NCBI GenBank assembly: GCA_034433375.1
Contig: DAOUAQ010000203.1
Span: 1 to 59,520, forward strand
From: Anaerolineae bacterium
Lineage (GTDB): Bacteria; Chloroflexota; Anaerolineae; B4-G1; SLSP01
Reading direction: 5' to 3'
DNA length: 59,520 bases
Within the stretch, counting starts at the first letter, position 1. Each line of letters opens with the position of its first letter. Positions 45,901 through 56,100 of the stretch are shown here, in pieces. Made by a program: the position numbers and the translations under genes. The notes below the pieces were generated by a model that did not search any database, was not told the DNA's origin, and saw only the letters and a program-made list of their open reading frames with translations.

Positions 45901-46955
45901 AGGCTCTGGAATGGGTGCAGAAGGGGTTAGGCATCTTGCACAACCAGCGCACCCCCGATGCCGCCGAACTCCGCCTGATTGCCGGTTTGATTCACACCCG
46001 GCGCGGCAATTACGACGAGGCAACGCAGCAATTCCGGGACGCTCTGCAGATTGCGCAATATCTTGACGACACTGCGGTCCGCGCCCGCGCCCACAACGGT
46101 CTGGGGGTGATTCGTCTGCGGGATGACATCGCTGCGGCTATTGACCACTTCCAACAAGCCTTCACATTGTACGAGCGCGCCGGGGACATTTCGGGACAGG
46201 CGAAATCCCATAACCTCATCGCCAACGCCTACATCGAAACCGGACAATGGCGTGAAGCGGATTACCATTATCGCCAGGCGCGGGAGATTTTTGAGAAAAT
46301 CGGCGACGTGTACAACGGCGCGTTTAGCGACAACAACCTCGGCGAGATCGCGCTCTATCAGGGCCGGTTGGACGAGGCTCTGACGTTCTACCGCCAGGCC
46401 CTGCGAGCGTTGGAGCAGATCGGCGGTTCGACTTATGTTTTGGGCGTTCTGCGCATGAACCTGGGGCACGTGTTTGTCCGCCGGGGGGAAATTGACAAAG
46501 CTTTCCAGGAACTCCAGACGGCGCAAGAGCGTTTCGAACAGGCCCAGGCGCGGGATTTTTTGCCGGAGTTACATCGCCATTATGCGGAAGCATATCTTGC
46601 CGTGGATGATCTGGACGATGCCGAGCAGCAGGCCGGCCATGCGCTGGTCCTCAGCCGCGAGTTGGAACAGCGCAGCGAGGAGGGCTACGGCCTGCGGGTT
46701 CTGGGCCGTATTCTGAACGCGCAGGGACATTCTGCGGACGCGGAAACGTATCTGAAGCAAAGTCTGGACATTCTTGAGGATATGGGCGATAATTATCAAA
46801 AGGCGCAGACCCAACTTTCGCTGGCGCGACTCTACACGCAGCAAAACAACTTCCTCAAGGCCAAAAACGCGCTTGAACAGTGCATACCGGTTTTCGAACG
46901 CTTAGGGGCGGCGCGTGACTTGGAAGCTGCGCGCGCCTTGTTCGCGACGTTGTAA
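42939..46955 (+). CDS. Tandem class III nucleotidyl cyclase domains plus STAND/AAA_16 NTPase plus TPR array
   Basis: CHD1: LFADISGFT, FAGDAITCWF. CHD2: YGVIGDAVNLSARL. P-loop GEAGVGKSH (44406..44429). C-terminal ~430 aa of TPR-like repeats (..YHYRQAREIFEKIGD.., ..ALTFYRQALRALEQIGG..). Confidence 0.8.
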   Translation: MTDNSTMFYTSSIYIPEDRRQAIARGETLPDRTSGAALFADISGFTPLTEALTRIYGPKRGAEELTRQLNRVYNALIAEVDRHKGSVIGFAGDAITCWFTEDDGVSGLATLRAAGCAFAMQAAMQAFKSVMLPAGETVSLAMKTSIATGAARRFLVGDPDIQLIDALAGETLARMAAAEHYAGRGEVLVDVHTAMVLGNRVRIREWRPPVTEEDATEECFAVIECVDGALDDATAFDAPPPPLLPPAIVRPWLLPPVYASLQEGVGEALEMRRGVVAIFLCFQGIDYDHDEQAGDKLDRYIRWVQGVMRQYDGALLQLIIGDKGNYLYGAFGAPIAHENDPQRAVSAALELLSPPAALEFVGPIQIGVGQGTMRTGAYGGVTRCTYGVIGDAVNLSARLMQNAAPGQALVAKHVQEAAAQDFRWEVLPPITVKGKAQPVPVARPIRKAQRARVATHNGALVGRETELAELRAALQPIFAGRFGGIAYVYGEAGVGKSHLIFELRVRLMQNNSFSWFTCPAEPILRQSLNPFKYFLRQYFSQNTENSEETNKVNFREVLQGLFSGLEQSSLPGAAALAAELKRTQSVLGALVDLRWADSLYEQLEPELRFRNTLTAFKTLLQAESLRQPVILHVEDANWLDDDSQELLGALTHNVADYPFVLLLSGRYRDDGSRFRIQAPSAIPEHAINLNVLSAEDIHTLVAQMLGAEISPALAAFIAEKTEGNPLFAEQLALDLRERELIQQRDGVWAIVSREVDTIPATINAVLIARLDRLAAQVKAVVQTAAVLGREFEIQILSRMLRDDADLPYKMQRAEEELIWQAISAMHYIFRHTMMRDAAYDMQLQARLRDLHALAAQAMAQVYTAELEPHYADLAYHYGKAENVQQEFHYAKLAGEYAASRYANQEAIEHYHQALRSLSYLDSAESLAQRQDIFTMLAKLQITIGQYEQAHEHLEKALALSAQREDGKGQVHACRWMAQMHELQGEYDEALEWVQKGLGILHNQRTPDAAELRLIAGLIHTRRGNYDEATQQFRDALQIAQYLDDTAVRARAHNGLGVIRLRDDIAAAIDHFQQAFTLYERAGDISGQAKSHNLIANAYIETGQWREADYHYRQAREIFEKIGDVYNGAFSDNNLGEIALYQGRLDEALTFYRQALRALEQIGGSTYVLGVLRMNLGHVFVRRGEIDKAFQELQTAQERFEQAQARDFLPELHRHYAEAYLAVDDLDDAEQQAGHALVLSRELEQRSEEGYGLRVLGRILNAQGHSADAETYLKQSLDILEDMGDNYQKAQTQLSLARLYTQQNNFLKAKNALEQCIPVFERLGAARDLEAARALFATL

Positions 46956-47056
46956 CACACGCCTACGTTACTTCTTCACGACGCCACGAGAACGAAAGTT
47001 CGGGCCGTCAACATATTGACTGGCTTCCAGCAGCTTTTCGTCATCTTACTCTGCAT

Positions 47057-47098
47057 CCTATAACCTTCAACCTGTAACCTTCAACCTTCAACTCTGTT
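47057..47098. repeat. CCTTCAA-type heptamers x6 just upstream of the giant gene RBS
   Basis: CCTATAA CCTTCAA CCTGTAA CCTTCAA CCTTCAA CTCTGTT. Confidence 0.8.
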
Positions 47099-47115
47099 TC
47101 ATTAAGGAGGGCGCA

Positions 47116-50100
47116 ATGAACGGCAGACGTTTGAACCCCAAGTGGTCTGTGGTGGTGTTGAGTGTGGTGGTGAGTGTAGGGTTACTCTGGCTGTTGTTGG
47201 CGACGTTAAAGGGCACGCCAGCCGCGCGCGCCATCGCCGCCCCGGATGCTCCGCTGGCTCCCATCCGCACCGGTGTTGTCCCTGAACCGAATTCGCATTA
47301 TGCGCCGCGCAATGCTCCCGTCACCATCAACTTCGATGAAGCCATTGACGTGGAGACGGTAAACGTGAATACCTTTGCAGTGTTCGGTAGTCAAAGTCCC
47401 CGCGTCACCGGCGCTTACAGCCTTAGCAATCTCTTACGTTCCGTCACCCTGCATCCGGCGCGCCTCTACTTCCCCGGCGAACTCATCCACGCCAGCGTCA
47501 CCACCGGTATGCAGAATATCACCGGCGAACAGGTCATCTCCTCGACCGTGTGGCAGTTCCGCGCGGCGGTGGAGGGCGGGTATGGTTTTTTTGCGGCGGG
47601 TATGCTGGTGTCGCCCACGCTGGCTCACGATACGGCGCTGGGCGATCTGGACAACGACGGCGACCTCGACGTGCTGCTCATCAACAGCTCGCCGGACAGT
47701 CTGCTCGTGAGGAATGACGGCGGCAGCAGCCTGATGCCGTATCAAAGCCTTAGCCTCATCTCTGGCAGCGCGACGGCCGGCGCGCTAGGCGATCTCGATG
47801 GCGATGGGGCATTGGATGCCCTAATCGCTAAAACCGAAGGCGCTGAAGTCTGGCTCAACCTCGGCAACGGCGTGTTGACGCCCACGCAGGATTTCGGCGG
47901 TTACTACGGCTACGACGTGGCCCTCGGCGATGTGGACGGCGACGCTGACCTGGATGCCCTGATCGTTTATAGCTTTGGGGCGCAGGTGTGGTTCAATCAA
48001 GGCGGGCGACAGGGCGGGGCAGCCGGGACATTTGTGGATGGCCTGCTATTTTCCGGCTCTATGGCTCCCACCGCCGCAGCGCTGGGTGACGTGGATAACG
48101 ACGGCGACCTTGACGCCTTCATCGTGTTAGCCAGCGGCCCCGGCGATGAGGTCTGGCTCAACGACGGCTTGGGCGATTTTAGTCTCACCGCGCAGGCGTT
48201 GGACTTTATGGATAGCCAGGATGTGGCTTTGGGCGACCTGGACGGCGACGGCGACCTGGATGCCTTCGTTGTCAACGACGTCAATTATGGGAACACAGTC
48301 TGGATCAACCAGGGCGGCGCGCAGATGGGCACGCCGGGCTGGTTCAGCGACAGCGGCCAAAGCCTGGGCTACGCCGACAGCTACGCCGTCGCGCTGGGCG
48401 ACGTGGACGGCGATGGCGACCTCGACGCGGTTGTTGCCAACGGCGGCGCGAGCCAGAGCGCCGATGTGGTCTACTTCAACAATGGCGCCGGTTACTTTAC
48501 CACCGAGCGTTGGCTCGACGATATGCTGACCGGATATGGCGTCGCGCTTGGCGATATGGACAACGACGGCGACCTGGATGTGTTTGTTGCCAATGTCGGC
48601 GCGCCGGCGCAGGTTTGGCGTAACAGCCCGCCAACGTGCTTCGCGCAGCTTGCCAGCGATCCCGGCGTCACCTATGCCAGCCTCAACGCTGATGCGATTC
48701 AGCAGGCGGTAGATGCTGCGCTTAGCGATGACGTCGTCAAGATTGCCGGGACGTGCGTCGGCGTATCGCAACGCGGCGGAACGTGGCAGACGGTCTACAT
48801 CGTTAAACCGGTGACTTTGCGCGGCGGGTATGCGCCCGGCGCATGGGATACGCCCGATCCGACCATGGGCGCCTTCCTGGACGCGCAGAACGGCGGGCGC
48901 GTGGTCGCCATCACAACGCCGGTTGCGGTGACGCTGGAAAACCTCGACATCGCCAACGGCGACGCCACGGGTTTGGGCGGCGGCCCCTATGCCTACGATG
49001 GCGCGGGCGGCGGCATCTACGTCGTCAGCGCGACCGTCACGCTGCGGAATAATCGCATCCACAACAACGTCGCCGGACGCAATGCCCGGAGCGCTGGCGG
49101 CGGCGTATACCTCTACGACAGCCAGGCGACGCTGGAACACAATGAAATTTCCTGGAACACCGCCGGGATGAGTACGACGATGGGCGTCAGCGGCGAGGGC
49201 GGCGGTCTGGCGTTCAGCGCCAGCGACGTGACGTTGATCCGCAACAACATCAAAGATAACTATGCCAGCAGCGCCGGCTCTGGCCTGGGCGGCGGCATTT
49301 ATGTCGAAGATGGCACTTTGAGCGGCGACGGCAACCTGCTGAGCGACAATATCGCCAGCTCCGATGCGCAGGGGTGGGGCGGTGGAATTCTCGCCGGTTC
49401 TGGCAGTTCCTCTATGCTGGTCAATACTGTGCTAAAGGGTAATACCAGCGGCTCAACCGGCTATTCTCACGGTGCGGCGCTGTTACTCGAAGGCGCCACG
49501 GCTGACCTGGCGCACACAACATTCGTCAACAACTACGGCGGCGACGGCAGCGGCGTCTATGCCTATGGCGGCTCCACCATCAACCTGACCAACACGGTGA
49601 TGAGCGACCACACCACCGCAATCACGGTTGCGGTAGACAGCGCCGCAACCGTGGTGGGTGTCCTGTGGCACAACGTCGTCGTCCCCACCAACGGCGATGG
49701 CGCCATCAACGTGAGCCATATCATCACCGGCGACCCTGCTTTTGCCTACGATGGCTATCACCTTGAGTCCACCAGCGCGGCGATCAACCAGGGGGTAGAC
49801 GCCGGCGTGTTGCACGATCTTGACAACGAATCTCGTCCTAATGACCTGATCCCTGACCTGGGCGCAGACGAGTATTATCCCCGCTGTTGGGCGCAAGCCG
49901 TCGGCGCTGTGACCGTGACTCATGCCAGTTTCGGCGCTCAGGCGGTGCAGGCGGCGGTCAACGACACGGCTCCTGGCGATCTGGTGAAGTTGGCCGGGAA
50001 TTGTGTTGGGGTCAGCTATCAGGATTTCTCATATCAGACCGCCTACATCACCCACCCCTTAACAGTGCGTGGCGGGTACACGCCGACTGACTGGAGCGTT

Positions 50101-53100
50101 TCCAGCCCATTCAGCTATCCGACCCTGCTGGATGCTAACGCCGGCGGGCGCGTCGTCAATGTGGAAAGCGTCCCCGCGACGCTGGAAAATGTGTGTCTGC
50201 GGGGCGGGTACATTCTCGGACACGGCGGCGGCATCCGCGCCAATCAAGGGATTACCCTGGTCAACGTCCAGGTGGAACAAAGCCAGGCCCAAGATGGCGG
50301 GCGCGGCGGCGGCGTGTGGGTGCTCGGCGATGCGACCATGACCAACGTGGCACTCCGCGGGAACATCAGCTCGTGGGACGGCGGCGGGGGATACGTCAGC
50401 GGCACATTGACCATTGCCGGCTGCGATATCTCCGGCAATACTGCCGCATGGTACGGCGGCGGCCTAGCCGTGCAGGGTTCCCTGGTGCTGAACGATTGCC
50501 AGATCGCCGGGAACTCTGCCTCGGATGGCGGCGGCCTCTATCTGAGCGATGGCGGCGGCATGATGACGTTTGCCCGTGTGCTCGATAACGCTGCCAGCGG
50601 TGGGCGCGGCGGCGGCGTCTATGCCCGCCAGGGTCTCGACGTGTCTCGCAGCCGCTTTATCAACAACAGCGCCAGCATAGACGGCGGCGGCGTCTACCTG
50701 GAAGGGAACGGCTATCCTGGCCGCTTCGTGAACACGATCTTCAGTCGCAACTATGCGACGGACGATGGTTCGGCGCTCTACTTGCTTGAACTTGACCCGA
50801 CCAGCCGCGCTGACCTGATCCACCTCACCATTGCTGATCCTATGTTGCGGGCGAACTCGGCCATTTACGTGCCGACCGGCACAGTCTACATCACCAACAC
50901 CATTTTCGCCAATCACAATATCGAGTTGTTAGTGTTGGGGGCGGCGAGTGTTTTTGAGGATTACAACTTGTTCGACGCTGATCCGCTCTTTGGCGGTACT
51001 GTCAACGGCGGCGGGCACAGCCTCGTCGGCGATCCGCGCTTTGTGGACGCGGGGATGGATGATTTTCACCTGCGCGCCGGTTCTGCCGCGATTGATGCGG
51101 GGGTGGATGCCGGCATCGCCGAAGATTTCGACCTGCTGCCGCGTCCGAGCGGCCCCCGGCCCGACATCGGCGCACACGAAGCGCAATTTGCGAGCGGCGT
51201 CAACACGTTCGACGATGATACCATCGTCAACGGCAACTGCACGCTGCGCGAGGCCATCATCGCCGCCAACACGGACGCGCCGGCGGATGCGTGTCCGGCC
51301 GGCAGCGGCGCGGATACGATCCTGCTGGCGGAAGGCGTCTACCCACTGAGCATCTCCGGCGCTATGGAAGATGACGCGCGGACCGGCGATCTGGATGTGC
51401 ATGGCGATCTTACCATCCTCGGCGCGGGGCCGGGATTGACGTTCATTCACGCCGGCGGGCTGGATCGCGTGTTGGAAGTGTTCGGCGCGCGCGTCGTCAT
51501 CTCCGGCGTCACGCTGCTCGGCGGCGACAATGTGGGTGACGGTGGTGGTATCCAATCGAACGGTGGTGCGGATATCGAGTTGATCAACGTCCATATCCGC
51601 AGTAATCAGGTTAGCAATGACGGCGGCGGATTACACGTTACCGGATTGTTGACATTGCGCGACAGCGCGGTGTACAGCAACACGGCGCTCGGTCACGGCG
51701 GCGGGATGCTGGTGAATGGGGCGACCACAGTCACGGTGTTCAACACGACGTTTTACGGCAATCAGGCCACCAGCGACAAACCGGGCGGCGCTATTTACGT
51801 CGGCCCGGATGGGAATGTCACATTGGTTGACAGCGAAGTCTATGCTAACAACGCCGGCGGCGCGTATGGCGGCGGTCTCTTCAACCGGGGCGCGATGACT
51901 ATCACCGGCAGCCGCATCCACCATAACAACGCCGGGCCGGGCGGCGGCGGGATTGCGGCAGACGCCGGTACACTCTACATCGAGACGACGGAGATTTACA
52001 GCAATACGACGCCTCACAATGGCGGCGGCGTTCTCAATACGGGCAGCAGCGTGTTGACGCTCGCATCTAGCGCGCTGTATGGCAATCATGCCGACAACTT
52101 CGGCGGCGGGCTGCACAATGACAGTATCGCTGCGGTCAGCGACACGCCCATCTATCGAAACACGGCAGCGTGGTCCGGCGGCGGGGTCTATAACCTGGGA
52201 GACAATGCCAACCTCAGCTTGATCCGCAGCAACCTGGTCAACAACACCGCGCAGAGCGGTGGCGGTCTGTACAACTACGCATCTGCCAGCTTGACCGACC
52301 TGACGATGCTCGGCAATCATGCCATCACCGGCGGTCTCGGCGATGCCGGGATGGGCGGCGGCGTGCGCAACTTCGCGCCCGGCGCCATCACTCTGACGCT
52401 CGTCACATTTAGCCAGAACGACGCGGCGGGTGACGGTGGCGGCCTTGCCAACGCTGTGGGCGGGACGGCGTTCCTGGAAGATACTATGTTCTACTCCAAT
52501 ACGGCGACAGCGCACGGCGGCGGCGTGTATTACGAAAGTCCCGCGACGCTGGCGCCGACCGGCTATTTCACCGTCAGCCACAACAGCGCCAACCTGGGCG
52601 GCGGTGTCTATATCTTCGACGGTGATTTTGTGTTCAGCCAGGGCCTCATCTACAGCAACACGGCGACGGCTGATGGCGGCGGCATCTACGCCGAGCACGG
52701 GCGTGTGCGGATGACCGGCGGCGTGATTCGTGAGAACGCCGCGCTCAGTGGCAGTGGAGGCGGCGTCGCGGTCAGCCAGCCCACCGCAGCCTTTATCCAG
52801 ACCGACGGTCTGCTTCTCGCCAACACGGCGGCGAACGGCGGCGGCGTTTTCGTCAGCGATGGGCAGGCGTGGTTGTATGGCGGCAGCATCCGCGACAATA
52901 TGGCGGCCAACAACGGCGGCGGCCTGCTGGTCAACCGGCAGACGATCCTTGATGGCGGCAGCATCTTCAGCAACACCGCTGCCTACGGCGGCGGTGTCTA
53001 CGTGGGCAGCGCGGGCGTGTTCACGCAGACCGGTGTGAGCTACGTCGTCAACAATATCGCTACCCAGGCTGGCGGCGGTGTTTACGCCGAGGGCGGCGTC

Positions 53101-56100
53101 ACCGTCCTGGAAGGTGGACAAGTGGCGATGAACACTGCCCCTTATGGGGGTGGCTTATATGTGAACTACGGCGCCGCCACACTGCGCGGGACGGCCAGGA
53201 TTAACAACAATACGGCGTTGAACAATGGCGGTGGGGTCTACGTGCTGGCGTCCGGCGCGATGTTTGCGCAGATGGGAACCAGCCAGATCGCGCACAACCG
53301 CGCCCCGAATACGGGGAGTTTCGGCGGCGGCGTCTACGTGGATCAGGGACATGCCTTGTTGATCGGCGGGACGGTGTTCAGCAACACCAGCAGCTACGGC
53401 GGCGGCGTCCACGTCAGCCAGGGGCAGGCGATTCTGGCCGGCGGCGTCATCGCCGAGAACGCGGCGCAGGATGGCGGCGGCGTCCATGTCAACTATGGCA
53501 CCAGCGTCTTCACGCAAACTGAGGGCTTGATTGCGAATAACCGGGCGACGCGGCATGGCGGCGGTATTTTCGTAGCCTCCGGGCAGATTGCCATCGGCGG
53601 CGGGCAGGTGTCCAACAACGCGGCGGCCAACAACGGCGGCGGTGTGTATGTGCAGTTCGGCGGCGTCACGCTGTACGACGGCGCCATTGTCAGCAATACA
53701 GCGACGAATGGCGGCGGCGTGTACGTTGATCTGAGTCTGGCGCTCTGGCGGCAGCTTGGCGGGACAATCGCCGCCAATACGGCGACATCGTTGGGCGGCG
53801 GGGTGTTGCTCAACTGGGCGCCCGGCGAGATGACCGGCGGCGCGGTGTTGAATAATCACGCGCTTTCCGGCGGCGGTGTCTACATTGGTGGTAACAGCAG
53901 TGTATTCACGCAAACTGGCGGGATTTTGCGGGCCAACACCGCCGACAACGGCGGTGGCCTCTACGTGAACCAGGGGCGGGCGACGCTATTGCGGACTGTG
54001 CTGTATGCCAATAGTGCGCTCAATGGCGGCGGCATCTACAATAACAACAACCTCGAATTGGTCAACGTCACCCTCAGCGGCAACACGGCGACGCAAAATG
54101 GCGGCGGTGTCTACAACAGCGGCGCGGTCAAGGCGACGAACGTGACGCTCGCGCACAATCAGGCAACCACCGGCGGCGGTGTCCGCAATACGAACCGCGT
54201 CTCCGTCCATAATGCTATCATCGCCAACAACAACGGCGGTGATTGCAACGGCGCGCTCATTTCCGAAGGTTACAACCTGAGCAGCGATGCCTCGTGTGGT
54301 CTGGATGGCGCCGGCGACCTGATCAACACCAATCCTCTGCTCGGTCTCCTCCTCGATAATGGCGGGAATACCTTGACGCACGCGCTGTTGCCGGGCAGCC
54401 CGGCGCTCAACGCGGCGACCTGCGTCAATGCGCCGGCTACTGATCAGCGCGGCTTCCCGCGCCCCGATGCCGGCAGTGGGCGCTGCGACATTGGCGCGTT
54501 CGAGGAGCAGTCCTTCACGAATTTGCCGCCGGTTGCCAACGCCGGGCCGGATCGGACGGCGAATGTGCGGGGAACCGTGACCCTGGATGGCAGCGTCAGC
54601 TACGATCCCGACGGGCACACGCCGTTGACGTACCAGTGGGCGCAGACGGGCGGAACGGCGGTCACGTTCAACGCGACGATTTCGCGCACCTCCTTCACCG
54701 CCCCGGCGACGTCCGGCCTGCTCACGTTCACCCTCACCGTTTACGATACTCTGGGCCTCGCTTCTGTCCCCGATGAGGTCGTCGTCAGCGTGGGCGGCGC
54801 GCCTGTCGCCGGTTTGCAGGCGGTCAACAGCAGCCCCACGCCGTTGGGACAGACGACGTTCTTCACGGCGAGTGTCACAGCGGGCACGAATGTGCTGTAT
54901 GAATGGGACTTCGGCGATGGCAACGGCGATAGCGGTCAGCACGTCAGCCACATCTACGCGGTTGCGGGCCAGTACGCGGCGACGGTGCGGGCTTTCAACG
55001 CCAGCAACAGCCTCGTCGCCAGCACGCCGGTCAGCATCACCAACAATACACGCGACTCGGCGCAGCCCATCGGCAGCAACACGGTGCTCACCAGCGCGCT
55101 CATCAGCGTCAACGATACCGACTGGTACAAATTCCTGGTGCCTGAGCCGGATTCGACCATCACCGTGACGCTCAGCGATCTGCAGGCCGATTTCGACCTG
55201 CTGCTCTTTGCGCCGGAGATTGACGAGGAAACCGGTCAGTTGCGTGACATCGGACGCCTGAGCAACATCGGGCGGCTGAGCAATATCGGGCGTTTGAGCA
55301 ACATCGGACGCTTGAGCAACATCGGCCAACTGAGCAACATCGGCGAATTGCTCGATCTGGGAAGGTTGAGCAACATCGGACGGCTCAGTAATATCGGGCG
55401 GCTCAGCAATATCGGGCGGCTCAGCAATATCGGACGCCTGAGCAATATCGGGACGCTGGTGGATATTTCGGTCTATCCTCTCACCGCCACCGAGCAGATC
55501 ATCTACAATGTGCATGAGCTGGCGGGATACTACTATGTCGCCGTCTACGGTCAGGGCGACAGGACGGTGGGGCAACCTTACACCCTTGCCGTCAACGTCA
55601 CGCCGCCGCCCTATGTCAATTATCCTATGACGGACACCGTCGAGATTGACGTGACCGTTCCCGCCACCGACACGGCGGTGAATACGCTTATCCTGTACAA
55701 CACCGCGCGGCTGGGCCAGTTCTACCCGGCGCAGCAAACGCTGATCGCCGATCAGTTGTTGCCGAGGTTGACGCCATTGGCCGCCCATCCCCAGGTCAAC
55801 GGTGTGCTGGTTGACCTGAACAGCTACCCGGAGATTGCCGCGGCTTACGCAAAGTGGGACAAGCATCCCGACAGCCCGCAGCACGCGAATTTCGTGGCGA
55901 TGCACATCAAATCCTTGCTCTACGCGCTGTCGCCGGCCTATCCTAGTCTTGCATACCTGGTGCTGGTGGGCGATGATCGCATCATCCCGCACCGCCGCAT
56001 CCGCGACGATGCGCTGGTCTCCAACGAGCGCACCTACGAGGACGCTTACTTCGCGCCTAACATTGATACCTCGCTGGCGCGCCGCTACGTCCTCAGCGAC

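Noticed and set aside
55231-55464. 18-bp repeat considered as a slippage-driven contingency locus.
   Set aside because: The unit length is a multiple of three and the units differ mainly at synonymous positions. This argues for an old, selected peptide repeat rather than an active on/off switch.
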